From positions 19,696 to 83,695 of the forward strand of contig CAMOUL010000003.1 in NCBI GenBank assembly GCA_946626605.1: 64,000 nt of DNA, written 5' to 3'. The DNA is from an uncultured Bacteroidales bacterium. GTDB lineage: Bacteria > Bacteroidota > Bacteroidia > Bacteroidales > Paludibacteraceae. How positions within the stretch are numbered: position 1 is the first letter of the stretch; every line of letters begins with the position of its first letter. This document shows, in pieces, positions 16,297 to 27,955 of the stretch. Under the pieces are notes generated by a model. That model saw only the letters and a program-made list of their open reading frames with translations, made no database searches and was not told the DNA's origin. The position numbers and the translations under genes are program-made.

Positions 16297-19200
16297 TTAT
16301 TTTGTATAAGAAGCATAGTCTGCATAGTACTTATCCACAAAATCGTTATGCCCGTAACGCTCGCAGGTCTGCAGCACATAGCCGAGAATCTGCCATTCAC
16401 GATACGTGTTGGACTCCAGCGATTTACGACGCTCGCGATTTAAAGAAGCCGCAAAACGGATATTCTCTACGCTATTCTCCGCTACTTTCTCCATGATAGC
16501 AAGGGCCTTCTCGTCTTGATTTAAGAGGAAGTACATCGATGCCATCGAAGCCGAAGTATAGTCATATGAGATATTATATCCGGGCAGTTGCTCTTCCGCG
16601 AAATCAAGCACTTCAAGCGCCTTGTCACGTTGGTTCTCACGAATCAGTTGCTCTGCCAATTGCGCGAACATCATTCGGTGTGTACGACACATACGCATCA
16701 AGTTCTCATCAATATAGATGCCCGGCATATTCATGTTGCCGTATTTGAACTTATGCATCATATTCTCGTACATCTTCTCGGAGTTCACACGCGGCTGACC
16801 ATCCCGACTGCGAGTCGGAGTGATTTGATAAGCCAAACCGGTCAATTCCATCCAAGGCTCCAAACCAAGATAATAGTCATTTCCTACGGTTGCGCAGAAA
16901 TAAATAGGACGCTCCCAGTTATTCGTAGAAATCATCTCCATGATCATCATCTGCGAACGCGTATACATCCGTTTGCTTTGGAACATAACTCGCTCGCCGC
17001 TCGGAGTCTCTACATAGAGTTTGTCGGACGGGATATAGTTATCGCCTTCGCGAGTCTTGGTTCGCGGATCGTCGGAACGCAAGAAGTTGAACGCGCGCTC
17101 TACCGAAATAGGCTGACCCAGACGATTGTCTACACGTGCTATCTCATTGCTGTTCGGCATGAAATCCTTGTATTCCCAAGAGATAGGAAGCGCTTTTGAC
17201 TCATAGTACGGGCGTTTCATCTGCGAGATATACCAATCGGTTTGTAAATACGAGAGGTTACATACACGCAGATCTGTACCTACTTCTTCTACTTCTTGGT
17301 TATACCAAAGCGGGAATGTGTCATTATCGCCATTAGAGAACAGGATAGCCTGCGTCTCACAGGACTTGAGATAGTTCGCTCCGAAATCGCGACAGGAATA
17401 GCGATTTGAACGATCGTGATCATCCCAGTTCTGAGATGCCATTTGAGCAGGTACACCCAGACAAACAACGGCAAGTAATACGGCTACAATCACTTCCCCC
17501 GTCTTGGATTTTACAGAACGTGAACACCAGTCAATCAGCGCCAACACACCTAAACCGATCCAAATACAGAACGCATAGAAGGAGCCCGCATAAGCATAGT
17601 CTCGTTCACGCGGTTGATAAGGCGTCTGATTCAAATAAATCACAATAGCCAAACCGGTTAAGAAGAAAAGCAGGAAGGTCAAGGTGAAGTTCTTGGCACC
17701 CTTTGCTTCTCCGTCTTTCACACGCGTCAGTTGCCAGAAGATTCCAATAAGACCTAACAGAAGCGGCAGGAAATAATACACATTGTGTCCCTTATTTTCC
17801 TTGTATTCCGTAGGCAGCATGGATTGATCGCCAAGACGTGCATTGTCTATGAAAGGAATACCCGAGATCCAGTTTCCTTTGGTGATCTCTCCATATGACT
17901 GCAAGTCGTTCTGACGACCGGCAAAGTTCCACATAAAGTAACGCCAGTACATAAAATGTACTTGGTACGCAAAGAAGAAACGAAGGTTCTCTCCGAAAGT
18001 AGGACATTGGTCCGCTTTCTGCTGTCCGCAATAATCATAGCGAACGCGTCTTCCTTTCACTTGACCCCAGTCCTTATAAGCCGACTGATGACTTCCTTGC
18101 GATGAATACATACGCGGGAAGATCGTGCAGAATTGGCTCATATACTGATAATTCGTCTTATGGCCGGTAACCACATAATGATCTTTTTCTCCTTCTACTT
18201 GAGGAGCCGGAGCGTATTGGGCGTGTCCTTCTTTCTCAACCGGAATACAGATATTACCCTCTACTCTCAGTTTCACCGGAGCATTATAGTATTGTCCGTA
18301 GAACAACGGACGGTCTCCGTACTGCTCACGATTTAAATAATACTTGAGCGAGAAGACATTATCCGGACTATTCTGGTCCATCGGCGTATCGGCATTCGAA
18401 CGAATGACAAGAGCTGCATAAGAACTGTAACCGATCAGGATAACAGCAATCATCACAGTTATCGTATTCAGCCAACGAGCCGGAACAACCTCTTGATACG
18501 ACAGTAATACGGCCGTTAAAATGATCGCTAAAATCACACCGATCCACCATTGTTCGAAGAGGAAAGCGGCACCTGAAAGTACGAATGCCAGCACAAACGA
18601 CAGGATCATACGCATTTTGCTGCGATCAACTGCCGACTCATAAATAGCCCACGCAAGTGCCAAAATTGCTGCGATAATATAAACGACCAGACCTGTGTTA
18701 AACGGACATCCGAGACCATTCACAAACAGCAGTTCAAACCAACCGGCTACTGTCGGGAAACCAGGAATAATACCGTACAAAATGACCGCTAACACACCGC
18801 AGGAAGCCGCAAAAGCAGCAATCACACCCCACCAACTGAACGGATAGCGACGGAAGTAATAAACGAGTCCGATAGCAGGAATTGTCAGCAAGTTCAGCAA
18901 GTGAACACCGATAGACAATCCCATCAAATAGGCAATAGCAATCAGCCAACGGTCAGAACCCTCTTCATCTGCATGCTCGTCCCACTTAAGGATCAACCAG
19001 AACACCACAGCCGTGAAGAGCGACGAGGAGGCATATACCTCACCTTCTACTGCGGAGAACCAGAAGGTATCCGAGAAGGTGTAAGCCAACGCGCCTACTG
19101 TACCGGCAGCTAACAAACCGATACCTTTTGCCATCGTGTCGGGCTGAACCAGTTTCTTCGCCAATGCGGTAATGGTCCAGAACAGGAACAAAATGGTAAA

Positions 19201-19461
19201 GGCACTGGCAAGAGCCGACAAAGCGTTCACACACATTGCCAGGTGCTCGGTATCCGATGCAAACAGACTAAAGAAATGGCCCATCAGCATGAAAAACGGT
19301 GCTCCGGGCGGGTGTCCAACGTCCAACTTCACGGCGCTGGAGATGAACTCACCGCAGTCCCAAAACGATGCGGTTGGCTCCATCGTAAGGAGATACGTGG
19401 CAGCTGCGATGGCAAAAACCATCCATCCGCACAGCGTATTCCATAATTTGAATTCTTTCAT
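16297..19461 (-). CDS. Large DUF2723-type (glycosyltransferase-like) polytopic membrane protein
   Basis: It is 1054 aa with many transmembrane segments in the N-terminal two thirds and a TPR-like C-terminus. A minus-strand TAccTTTG box lies near 19510-19520. Confidence 0.7.
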   Translation of the reverse strand: MKEFKLWNTLCGWMVFAIAAATYLLTMEPTASFWDCGEFISSAVKLDVGHPPGAPFFMLMGHFFSLFASDTEHLAMCVNALSALASAFTILFLFWTITALAKKLVQPDTMAKGIGLLAAGTVGALAYTFSDTFWFSAVEGEVYASSSLFTAVVFWLILKWDEHADEEGSDRWLIAIAYLMGLSIGVHLLNLLTIPAIGLVYYFRRYPFSWWGVIAAFAASCGVLAVILYGIIPGFPTVAGWFELLFVNGLGCPFNTGLVVYIIAAILALAWAIYESAVDRSKMRMILSFVLAFVLSGAAFLFEQWWIGVILAIILTAVLLSYQEVVPARWLNTITVMIAVILIGYSSYAALVIRSNADTPMDQNSPDNVFSLKYYLNREQYGDRPLFYGQYYNAPVKLRVEGNICIPVEKEGHAQYAPAPQVEGEKDHYVVTGHKTNYQYMSQFCTIFPRMYSSQGSHQSAYKDWGQVKGRRVRYDYCGQQKADQCPTFGENLRFFFAYQVHFMYWRYFMWNFAGRQNDLQSYGEITKGNWISGIPFIDNARLGDQSMLPTEYKENKGHNVYYFLPLLLGLIGIFWQLTRVKDGEAKGAKNFTLTFLLFFLTGLAIVIYLNQTPYQPRERDYAYAGSFYAFCIWIGLGVLALIDWCSRSVKSKTGEVIVAVLLAVVCLGVPAQMASQNWDDHDRSNRYSCRDFGANYLKSCETQAILFSNGDNDTFPLWYNQEVEEVGTDLRVCNLSYLQTDWYISQMKRPYYESKALPISWEYKDFMPNSNEIARVDNRLGQPISVERAFNFLRSDDPRTKTREGDNYIPSDKLYVETPSGERVMFQSKRMYTRSQMMIMEMISTNNWERPIYFCATVGNDYYLGLEPWMELTGLAYQITPTRSRDGQPRVNSEKMYENMMHKFKYGNMNMPGIYIDENLMRMCRTHRMMFAQLAEQLIRENQRDKALEVLDFAEEQLPGYNISYDYTSASMASMYFLLNQDEKALAIMEKVAENSVENIRFAASLNRERRKSLESNTYREWQILGYVLQTCERYGHNDFVDKYYADYASYTK

Positions 19462-19608
19462 TTTATCGTTATTTTTTTTGTTATAAGTGCATAATATGCC
19501 AATTTGGGTGCAAAGGTACTACAAAAATTTCACATGTCAAATTTTAAATTTAAAAATTTAATGATTTTGCACCGATTGCCCTATTTTTATGAAAAAAGTT
19601 CGCGCGCG

Positions 19609-19640
19609 CTTGCACATATCAAAAAAATGTTGTATCTTTG
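19609..19640 (+). promoter_or_regulatory. Promoter of the polysaccharide locus
   Basis: CTTG is at 19609-19612 and TAtcTTTG at 19633-19640. Confidence 0.5.
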
Positions 19641-19714
19641 CGGGCTTTTTGCGATTAAGTGGTTAACAACCCTTTGTAGATTCGAAAGAACAAACAAATC
19701 AAATTACAATAGAA

Positions 19715-20470
19715 ATGATTAAAGTTGGAATTATTGGATGCGGCTTCGTGGGCGGAGCTTTGAAGAATTGGTTGGAGAACAACAACCCGGAGTGTAAACT
19801 TTTTATCAGTGATCCTCCTAAAGGGTACAATGATGATTTGAGTGGGATTGACATCGCTTTCCTGCAAATTCACGTGCCGACAGAAGAAGATGGTTCGCAG
19901 GATTTGACGCTGATGAAGCAGTTAATCAAGAATCTGCCGGACGTACCGGTCTTTGTACGCACGACGATTCTTCCCGGAACAAGTGCTATGCTTACCAAAG
20001 AGACCGGACATCAAGTATGTTACATGCCGGAGTTCCTTACGGAGCGTACATACATTGAGGACTTCAACAAGCAGACGATGGTCTTCACGGGTGCTCAGGA
20101 TCTGCTGACCAAGATCTTTGTAGGTAAGAAATTTACCGTTATGACGCCGTTGGAGGCGGAATTAACCAAGTACATGCACAATGTCTTCGGTGCCTATAAA
20201 GTGACGTATTTCAACGCTTGCCGTGAGTACTGCGAGAAGATGGGGGCAGACTGGCGTAAGGTTCACACCGGTGTGCTGCTGTCAGGCTACATCAATGACA
20301 CCCATACTTATGTGCCCGGACCAGACGGTAAGTTCGGATATGGTGGAAAATGTTTCCCGAAGGATGTAAACGCGTTTGCAGAGATGACCAAAGGTACCTC
20401 TCTCGGTACGTTGCTGGAGCACCTTCATGAGTTAAATGTACACTTCCGAGGTGTAGAAGAACATATCTAA
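19715..20470 (+). CDS. Short UDP-glucose/GDP-mannose dehydrogenase-like oxidoreductase (251 aa, no C-terminal UDP-binding domain)
   Basis: It has the Rossmann motif [10 protein letters not shown] and the catalytic-Cys motif [10 protein letters not shown]. Confidence 0.7.
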   Translation: MIKVGIIGCGFVGGALKNWLENNNPECKLFISDPPKGYNDDLSGIDIAFLQIHVPTEEDGSQDLTLMKQLIKNLPDVPVFVRTTILPGTSAMLTKETGHQVCYMPEFLTERTYIEDFNKQTMVFTGAQDLLTKIFVGKKFTVMTPLEAELTKYMHNVFGAYKVTYFNACREYCEKMGADWRKVHTGVLLSGYINDTHTYVPGPDGKFGYGGKCFPKDVNAFAEMTKGTSLGTLLEHLHELNVHFRGVEEHI

Positions 20471-20471
20471 T

Positions 20472-21710
20472 ATGAAAATTGCAGTAGCTGGAACGGGCTA
20501 TGTGGGTCTAAGTATTGCTACCCTACTCGCCCAACATAATGAAGTAACGGCCGTAGATATTGTGCCGGAGAAAGTAGAGATGTTGAATCGTCGCCAGTTG
20601 CCTATTCAAGATGAGTACATCGAGAAATATCTGGCGGAGAAAGACCTGCATCTTACTGCTACACTTGATGCCGAGTCCGCGTACAAAACTGCGGATTTTG
20701 TGGTCATTGCGGCTCCTACCAACTACGACAGCCGACTCAATTACTTTGACACCAGTGCCGTGGAGAACGTCATTGAAACCGTTATGCGCGTCAATCCGAA
20801 GGCAATCATGGTCATTAAATCGACCATTCCTGTCGGCTATACGATGTCGGTGCGCAAGAAATACAATTGCGAGAATATCATCTTCTCGCCGGAGTTCTTG
20901 CGCGAAAGCAAAGCGCTCTATGATAACTTGTACCCGAGTCGTATCATTGTCGGTACAATCCTAGACAATCCTCGGATGTATGAGGCAGCTAAGACCTTTG
21001 CTCAATTGCTCCAAGAAGGTGCTCTCAAAGAGAATATCGAGACGCGTATCATGGGTTTGACTGAAGCAGAAGCGGTTAAGTTGTTTGCCAACACCTACTT
21101 GGCACTTCGTGTAAGTTATTTCAATGAGCTGGACACCTATGCAGAGATGAAGGGGCTGAATACGCAAGATATCATTGATGGGGTTTGTTTGGATCCTCGA
21201 ATTGGAACCCAATACAATAACCCCTCTTTCGGATACGGCGGTTATTGCTTGCCCAAAGATACCAAACAACTCTTGGCGAACTATCAAGATGTGCCCGAAA
21301 ACCTGATTGAGGCTATTGTGGAGTCGAATCGCACGCGCAAGGATTTTATTGCCGACCGTGTTCTGGCCAAAGCCGGATACTACGACTACTACCATCGTGG
21401 TGATTTTGATGCGAACCAAGAGAAGCATTGTACCATTGGTGTCTATCGTCTGACGATGAAGGCCAATAGCGATAACTTCCGTCAATCGTCCATCCAGGGC
21501 ATCATGAAACGTGTCAAAGCGAAAGGTGCTACGGTCATTATTTACGAACCGACACTCGAGAATGGAAGTACGTTCTTCGGCAGCGAAGTGGTTAATAATT
21601 TGGTGGAGTTTAAACTTCGCAGCCAGGCTATCATAGCAAATCGCTATGATACATGTTTGGACGATGTAAAAGAGAAAGTGTACACGCGAGATATCTTCCG
21701 ACGCGACTAA
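20472..21710 (+). CDS. ugd: UDP-glucose 6-dehydrogenase
   Basis: It has GTGYVGLS and [10 protein letters not shown] and is full length. Confidence 0.9.
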   Translation: MKIAVAGTGYVGLSIATLLAQHNEVTAVDIVPEKVEMLNRRQLPIQDEYIEKYLAEKDLHLTATLDAESAYKTADFVVIAAPTNYDSRLNYFDTSAVENVIETVMRVNPKAIMVIKSTIPVGYTMSVRKKYNCENIIFSPEFLRESKALYDNLYPSRIIVGTILDNPRMYEAAKTFAQLLQEGALKENIETRIMGLTEAEAVKLFANTYLALRVSYFNELDTYAEMKGLNTQDIIDGVCLDPRIGTQYNNPSFGYGGYCLPKDTKQLLANYQDVPENLIEAIVESNRTRKDFIADRVLAKAGYYDYYHRGDFDANQEKHCTIGVYRLTMKANSDNFRQSSIQGIMKRVKAKGATVIIYEPTLENGSTFFGSEVVNNLVEFKLRSQAIIANRYDTCLDDVKEKVYTRDIFRRD

Positions 21711-23066
21711 GTGGCAGAGAAAATCGAAAATATCGGTAAGCGAGAGATCGCGTGGAGCTATGCCGGCACAGCGTTTATGATCGGTGCGGGGGTATTACTG
21801 TTACCCTTTATCCTTCATAAGATGTCGCAAGAGACAGTAGGTGTTTGGAATATCTTCCAGACGATCACGTTTCTTGTTCTGCTGCTCGATTTTGGTTTTC
21901 GTCCTACCTTTGCACGAAATATCAGTTATATCTTCTCTGGTGTAAAAGCGCTGCAGAAAGAAGGAGTTGTACAAACAACGGCTGATGCCGAAGTGGACTA
22001 TAGTCTGCTCAAAGGCACCTTGGCTGCTATGCGTCGTTTCTATCGATGGATAGCTATAACCGTATTTGCCCTTCTGGCCACAGCAGGAACGGCTTATTTC
22101 TATTATATCCTGCAGAAATATACCGGAGATAAGCAAGACGCGATGATAGCCTGGGTGCTGTTAATTGCCATCAACTGCTATAACCTGTACACGCTTTATT
22201 ACGATGCGCTTCTGACCGGGAAAGGCTATGTCAAGCGCTGCCAACAGATTAACATGTTGGGTCAGGCAGTGTATATTGGTTTAGCCATCGGACTTATCTA
22301 TGCCGGTTTGGGACTAACTGCTATTGTGGCTTCGCAACTGGTTTCGACCATTATTCGACGTGTACTTACCTATCGCGTCTTTTTCACACCGGAACTGAAA
22401 GCCCATTTAGCGGTTGCTGATACGCAAGATCCCAAACAGATATTTGGTGCCATCACTCCGAATGCCATCAAGATCGGCTTAACGCAATTAGGCGGATTCT
22501 TGGTGAACAAGTCCGCTATCTTAATAGGTTCGGCTTTCCTGACTTTGGAAGAAGTGGCATGTTATGGTATTACCTTGCAGGTGATGGATATCTTGGCGCG
22601 CTGCGGAACTGTATTCTATCAATCTTACCTGCCTAAGTTGGCACAATGCAGAGCCGAGAATGACATGAATGGGTTGAAACGCTATTACCTACTCTGCACC
22701 GGAAGTCTGCTTCTGATCTATTTAGTAGGCGGCGTGATGTGGATTTTCTTGGGAGACTGGGCTTTGGATTTGATTGGAAGTCAAACCCATTTCGTGCCAA
22801 CAGCCATGCTGTGCGTCATGCTGCTGATAAGCACATTAGAGCACAACCATGCTGTTTCAGCCGGATTTATCATGGCGGATAATAAGATTCCATTCTTTAT
22901 TCCGTCATTAGTGAGTGGCGCTGCTACTGTTTTGCTATTATGGCTATTCCTCAGTACGTTCCATTGGGGCATATGGGGATTGATTCTCGCACCGGGTATT
23001 GCCCAACTCGCCTACCAGAACTGGAAATGGCCGAGTGTTGTCATCAAAGAACTATGGGGAAAATGA
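21711..23066 (+). CDS. wzx: Oligosaccharide flippase (Wzx/MOP family)
   Basis: It has about 12 transmembrane segments, a GTG start, and the right locus context. Confidence 0.7.
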   Translation: MAEKIENIGKREIAWSYAGTAFMIGAGVLLLPFILHKMSQETVGVWNIFQTITFLVLLLDFGFRPTFARNISYIFSGVKALQKEGVVQTTADAEVDYSLLKGTLAAMRRFYRWIAITVFALLATAGTAYFYYILQKYTGDKQDAMIAWVLLIAINCYNLYTLYYDALLTGKGYVKRCQQINMLGQAVYIGLAIGLIYAGLGLTAIVASQLVSTIIRRVLTYRVFFTPELKAHLAVADTQDPKQIFGAITPNAIKIGLTQLGGFLVNKSAILIGSAFLTLEEVACYGITLQVMDILARCGTVFYQSYLPKLAQCRAENDMNGLKRYYLLCTGSLLLIYLVGGVMWIFLGDWALDLIGSQTHFVPTAMLCVMLLISTLEHNHAVSAGFIMADNKIPFFIPSLVSGAATVLLLWLFLSTFHWGIWGLILAPGIAQLAYQNWKWPSVVIKELWGK

Positions 23067-23088
23067 ACCATTGCACGCCCCTGACAGA

Positions 23089-24354
23089 ATGATTGCTGTT
23101 CCATTCATATATTTTACTTTACTTACCATCTATTTGGTTCGTAAGCATGGAGGCATTGATATCAGTGCTTTTATGATAATGATATATGCTTTCTCTGCAT
23201 TCTGCTCTATTCTGCTGGATGTGTTTGGTATATATGGTATGAATGGCGTTTGCGAAAAAATACCTATATCGCCACTTGCAACAGTTTGTTACTGTGGACT
23301 AATCACATTAGCTATTTTGCCATTCAGCACGATTAATAGCAATGGTATTCAAAAAATAGAACTACAAAAAGAATGGTTAGTGGATGTACTATCATGGGTA
23401 CTAATCATCACGTTCTTCACTACGCTACTCAGTATTTTCTCTAATCTCGAAGTGGTGTTACATTCCGATTTAAAAGAGGTTCGAGATGATGTATATGAGA
23501 ATACAGAAGAAGTGAAACTAAGCGGCATACAATATCTATTGGCATTACCTGAGGCGCTATTCTCCAGGTTCTCCCCAGTAGCCATCTTATTCTACTACAT
23601 CAACATTGCTCAAAAACGCAAATCCACTCTATTTAACTGGGTGCTGTTGTTGTCTTCACTCACACCGGTCATTAAAGCCGTTTTGATTGCAGGAAGAACA
23701 CAACCTATCTATTGGTTTTTAGCTTTCTTTGCGCTTTATATATTCTTCCGCCCGATGTTGGATAAAGAGCAGCGTCGTCAAGCCTTATTCCCATTTGCTT
23801 TTTTTGGTACTATAGTGGCATTATTCATTGCCGCTGTGACAATTGCTCGTTTTACAACCATCGGTATAAGCCATGATACAGGCACCTTTGATAGCCTCTT
23901 AGCATATAGCGGTCAGTCCTTTATTAATTTCAATAATTTCTTTTGTAATTACACGTTTCATTCGGTGCATTTTGATCGGATATTGCCTTTAACGAATTAC
24001 TTTATCATGCATCCGGACTGGAATTTGGATGATTATCGAGATATGATTTGGTCCTATTCCGGTATGAACATTGGTGTCTTTTTTACGTTTTTAGGAGATT
24101 TATTGGTTGACCTCGGTTATATGGGCATGTTTATTTTTGTTATACTTTTCTCTTTACTGAGCACATGGGTTTGTAAATCGGCTAATAACGAAGGCACGAT
24201 AATGCTGAGCAGATTATTGATTATATTGATTTTATTGTTAATGCCCTTGCAAGGCATCTTCTACTATAGTTACTATAAAGTGAATATGGGGTACTATATC
24301 GTTGGTTCGTTGATATATTGCTGGATGTTAAGTCATACATTGAAAAAGGCATGA
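23089..24354 (+). CDS. wzy: O-antigen/EPS polymerase-like membrane protein (Wzy)
   Basis: It is polytopic. I took the start at the first ATG after the wzx stop. Confidence 0.6.
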   Translation: MIAVPFIYFTLLTIYLVRKHGGIDISAFMIMIYAFSAFCSILLDVFGIYGMNGVCEKIPISPLATVCYCGLITLAILPFSTINSNGIQKIELQKEWLVDVLSWVLIITFFTTLLSIFSNLEVVLHSDLKEVRDDVYENTEEVKLSGIQYLLALPEALFSRFSPVAILFYYINIAQKRKSTLFNWVLLLSSLTPVIKAVLIAGRTQPIYWFLAFFALYIFFRPMLDKEQRRQALFPFAFFGTIVALFIAAVTIARFTTIGISHDTGTFDSLLAYSGQSFINFNNFFCNYTFHSVHFDRILPLTNYFIMHPDWNLDDYRDMIWSYSGMNIGVFFTFLGDLLVDLGYMGMFIFVILFSLLSTWVCKSANNEGTIMLSRLLIILILLLMPLQGIFYYSYYKVNMGYYIVGSLIYCWMLSHTLKKA

Positions 24355-25229
24355 TATACTGCGTAATAGTGACATATAATGGGATGCAATGGATAGATCG
24401 ATGCTTACAAAGCATTCGTCACTCCTCTGTTCCTATGTCAACTATCGTAGTAGATAATAACTCCACTGATGACACGTTGACGCATATTAAAGCAAATTAT
24501 CTGGAAGTTATATTGCTGCCACAAGAGGAAAACAAAGGATTTGGACAAGCCAATAATATCGGCATCGAATATGCTATGCAAAAGCAAGCCTCTCACATCC
24601 TCTTGCTTAATCAAGATGCAGCAATACAGCCTGATACGATACAAACCCTTTTACAACAGGATGACGGGCAGCATCTTCTAACACCTCTTCACATGAATGG
24701 GGACGGAAGTTGTATCGATGGTAATTTCTTCCAAAATACATTGCTCTTTGAGCTACCAGAGCCACACATGGTTAAGGAAGTGCCGTACGTAAATGCCGCA
24801 TGTTGGTTATTGCCGGCAGAGATCATTCGTCAAGTAGGCGGTTTCAATCCCTTGTTTTATCACTATGGAGAAGACAACAACTATATCCAAAGGCTGCAAT
24901 ACTATCATTTCGGGATAAGGCTGGTTTCTGATGCTATCATATATCACGATCGGGAGCAACATGGCAATGAGGATTTGTATCAACGCGGAGTGCTATATAG
25001 AAAATTATTGCTTGTCGCCACAGACATCAACCTTACAGCACTACAACGATGGGCAAAACGCCATAAAATCAGCATACAAGAAATAGGTCATTCTATAAAG
25101 AAGCATTATTTCTTGGCATGCTTAAAAGATTATTTTGCCGCTTTGAGGAAGCTTGCAGCGCAAAGTAAAGTCATTAGAAAGAGTCGTCAAATAGAAGCTA
25201 ACACAGTAGGCGCATGGCTAACATATTGA
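24351..25229 (+). CDS. Glycosyltransferase family 2
   Basis: It starts MIYCVIVTYNG and contains VVDNNSTD. Its ATGA overlaps the wzy stop. Confidence 0.8.
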   Translation: MIYCVIVTYNGMQWIDRCLQSIRHSSVPMSTIVVDNNSTDDTLTHIKANYLEVILLPQEENKGFGQANNIGIEYAMQKQASHILLLNQDAAIQPDTIQTLLQQDDGQHLLTPLHMNGDGSCIDGNFFQNTLLFELPEPHMVKEVPYVNAACWLLPAEIIRQVGGFNPLFYHYGEDNNYIQRLQYYHFGIRLVSDAIIYHDREQHGNEDLYQRGVLYRKLLLVATDINLTALQRWAKRHKISIQEIGHSIKKHYFLACLKDYFAALRKLAAQSKVIRKSRQIEANTVGAWLTY

Positions 25230-26071
25230 TACAATATAGTGTCCTCATACCTCATTTTGAGTCACTCGATGTATTGCATCGAGCTGTAGCCAGTGTGCCG
25301 GAGCGAAAGGATATTGAGGTATTGATCATAGATAATAGCAAAGAACCTATCTCTCCTACTCTTTTCGCCGAGCGTAAAAATGTTTCTGTTTTATACTCCC
25401 CTTATGGTGAAGGAGCCGGTACAGCCAGAAATGTGGGTTTGGACAAAGCGCAGGGGAAGTGGGTGTTGCTATTAGATGCCGATGATTACTTTACGGAAGA
25501 GGCTTTTCATGCCATCGATGCGTATAAAGATGCGGAAGAAGACATTGTTTTCTTTAAACTGACGAGTTGTTATTCGGACGATGGCACTCCTGCTGACCGG
25601 CATATAGAACTCAATACATTAAAAGAGGATGGTTTGCGCTATGGATGGGCTTCGCCATGCGGAAAAATAATCCGCATGGCGTTAATTAAAGAGCATGCTA
25701 TCCGTTTTGAGACCACGCAGGCTGCCAATGATGTATTATTCTCGTTGTTAACGGGTTATTATGCGAAATCCATTCTGTCGGATGAGCATGTGATCTATTG
25801 CGCAACTGTTCGTCACGGCAGTTTAACCCAAACTCCGAGTTTGAGAAATCTAACGGATAGAATCGAGGTATTTGTTCGTTTTAATACGTTTATTAACCAA
25901 CACGCGATTCCTAAGAAGTATAGAAAATCCATTATGTATTACCTTTATACCGTTAACAAATACCACGGTTTTAGGGCTGCATTTCGGTTGTTTTGGAGAT
26001 CTATACGCACGGGGAACAATCCGTTTATAGGAATCTCCCGCTGGGGAAAAACCATTCGAAATAGAGCATGA
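25214..26071 (+). CDS. Glycosyltransferase family 2
   Basis: It contains LIIDNS, GAGTARNVGL and LLDADDYF. Confidence 0.8.
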   Translation: MANILIQYSVLIPHFESLDVLHRAVASVPERKDIEVLIIDNSKEPISPTLFAERKNVSVLYSPYGEGAGTARNVGLDKAQGKWVLLLDADDYFTEEAFHAIDAYKDAEEDIVFFKLTSCYSDDGTPADRHIELNTLKEDGLRYGWASPCGKIIRMALIKEHAIRFETTQAANDVLFSLLTGYYAKSILSDEHVIYCATVRHGSLTQTPSLRNLTDRIEVFVRFNTFINQHAIPKKYRKSIMYYLYTVNKYHGFRAAFRLFWRSIRTGNNPFIGISRWGKTIRNRA

Positions 26072-27222
26072 AGTATTTGGCTGCTGACATATCCGGCAAA
26101 GTAGAGAACTACGACAACGCTCTCTATCAAGCCATGATAACTTGCCTTCCGGAAGATGCGCAGTTGGTTTTCGTATGCCCATATTACACGATTGCCAAGA
26201 ATGCCGAAGCGCTTCATTTACATAGTTATGTTTCAAAAAAACATAGGCAAAGTGTAAAACCATTGAAGCGAATGATAAAAGCCATGGAAGGTGTATGTAA
26301 TTATAGTCGATTATATCGACATATAAAACGGACATCACCTGATGTGCTACATCTGCAATGGTTGCCTTTCTTGGAAGTTTGTAATTGGGAGAAGCATTGG
26401 CTCCGAAAGGTTCATGCACATTTCCCCAACATCAAGATTGTACTTACATTACACAATATCTATCCGCATAATAGCAAGGCCGAACAGCAGAAATCCTATC
26501 GCAAAAGGATGGCAGAAGTGATGCCATTCATCTCTCAGTTCATCGTTCATACCCAAAGTTCTAAACAGAAGGCGCACGATGAATTCGGTATTGCATTGGA
26601 CAAGATAGCTGTTATTCCGCATGGCATTTTTATGCCCGAGCAATTCCCAAAGCGAGAACGAACAGATAAACCGCTTCGTCTCTTAATATTTGGACAACAA
26701 TCCCCTTATAAAGGGACGGACCTATTTGTTGAAGCCATCGAGCAATTACCGACATCCTATCGTCAAAACGTAGATATTCACATTATAGGTTCAACCGATA
26801 GACACATGACGGAAACCTATTTGGAACGCGCACAGAAGATAGGAATTACGTGGCAAAACACGTTTATTGAGGAGCAACAACTGTTCCAAGAGATACAGGA
26901 TTCCGATATATTGGTTTATCCCTATCGTGCGATATCGCAAAGTGGTGCCCTTTTATTAGGTATCGCCTTCCAAAAACCGATTATTCTTTCCGACCTCCCC
27001 TCTTTCCAAGAGACGATGGGAAAAGAATATCCACAGGAACTGTTCTGCAAAAAGGGCGATATACAGAGTTTATCACAAGCTCTCACTCGTTGTATTGATC
27101 AGTATGAGGAATATAAGAAACGCGTAGTTCCTGTATTGCAAACGATTATAGAAGAGAATAGTTGGAAGAATGCTGCTCTAAAAACCATTGCATTATATAA
27201 TGAACAATATGCAACTCGTTAG
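26068..27222 (+). CDS. Glycosyltransferase family 4 (GT-B)
   Basis: The C-terminal half has a typical GT1/GT4 look (...YPYRAISQSGALL). Confidence 0.7.
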   Translation: MKYLAADISGKVENYDNALYQAMITCLPEDAQLVFVCPYYTIAKNAEALHLHSYVSKKHRQSVKPLKRMIKAMEGVCNYSRLYRHIKRTSPDVLHLQWLPFLEVCNWEKHWLRKVHAHFPNIKIVLTLHNIYPHNSKAEQQKSYRKRMAEVMPFISQFIVHTQSSKQKAHDEFGIALDKIAVIPHGIFMPEQFPKRERTDKPLRLLIFGQQSPYKGTDLFVEAIEQLPTSYRQNVDIHIIGSTDRHMTETYLERAQKIGITWQNTFIEEQQLFQEIQDSDILVYPYRAISQSGALLLGIAFQKPIILSDLPSFQETMGKEYPQELFCKKGDIQSLSQALTRCIDQYEEYKKRVVPVLQTIIEENSWKNAALKTIALYNEQYATR

Positions 27223-27955
27223 TATCATAATGCCTGCATATAACTGCGAGCGATATATTGCAAAATCAATCGACAGTGTACTAGCCCAGACCTATACCAA
27301 CTGGGAGTTGCTCATTGTGGATGATTGTTCGACGGATAGCACGGCTGATGTGGTACGTTCCTACTCTGACAAACGTATTCGTTATATGTGTAATGAACAG
27401 AACCAAGGGGCAGCATTAACGAGAAACAGCGCTTTGCGCGAGGCGAAAGGAAAATACATCGCTTTTCTGGACGCAGACGATAGTTGGATGCCGGAGAAAA
27501 TAGAGAAACAGGTTGCCTTCATGGAGCAAAATGGCTATGCCTTTACTTATACTGCCTTCCATCGGACAGATAAACCACTCCGTATCTCAGGACCAAGACA
27601 TATTACGAAAATGGGCATGTACGCCTTCTGCTGGCCTGCTTGTCCGACTGTGATGTACAACCGGGAGAAAATAGGACTCATACAGATATCCGACCTGCGG
27701 AAAAACAACGATTACGCTATGTGGTTGCATGTGATTCAGAAAGCGGATTGTTATCTGTTGGATGAAGACCTGTTCGGCTATAATAAGCATCAAGGTTCTG
27801 TTAGCGATGCGAACCCGTTCACGCTATTAAAATGGCATTATATACTATGGCGTCAGGAGATGCACTACTCCAAGATGGGAGCATTGTATTATACGTTCCT
27901 AAACGGCATTGCCGGACTCTATAAGAAAATCCGATATAGATCAAAAATCGCATAA
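27200..27955 (+). CDS. Glycosyltransferase family 2
   Basis: It contains VSIIMPAYNCERYI, VDDCSTD and FLDADD. The start is at 27200 or 27209. Confidence 0.85.
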   Translation: MNNMQLVSIIMPAYNCERYIAKSIDSVLAQTYTNWELLIVDDCSTDSTADVVRSYSDKRIRYMCNEQNQGAALTRNSALREAKGKYIAFLDADDSWMPEKIEKQVAFMEQNGYAFTYTAFHRTDKPLRISGPRHITKMGMYAFCWPACPTVMYNREKIGLIQISDLRKNNDYAMWLHVIQKADCYLLDEDLFGYNKHQGSVSDANPFTLLKWHYILWRQEMHYSKMGALYYTFLNGIAGLYKKIRYRSKIA

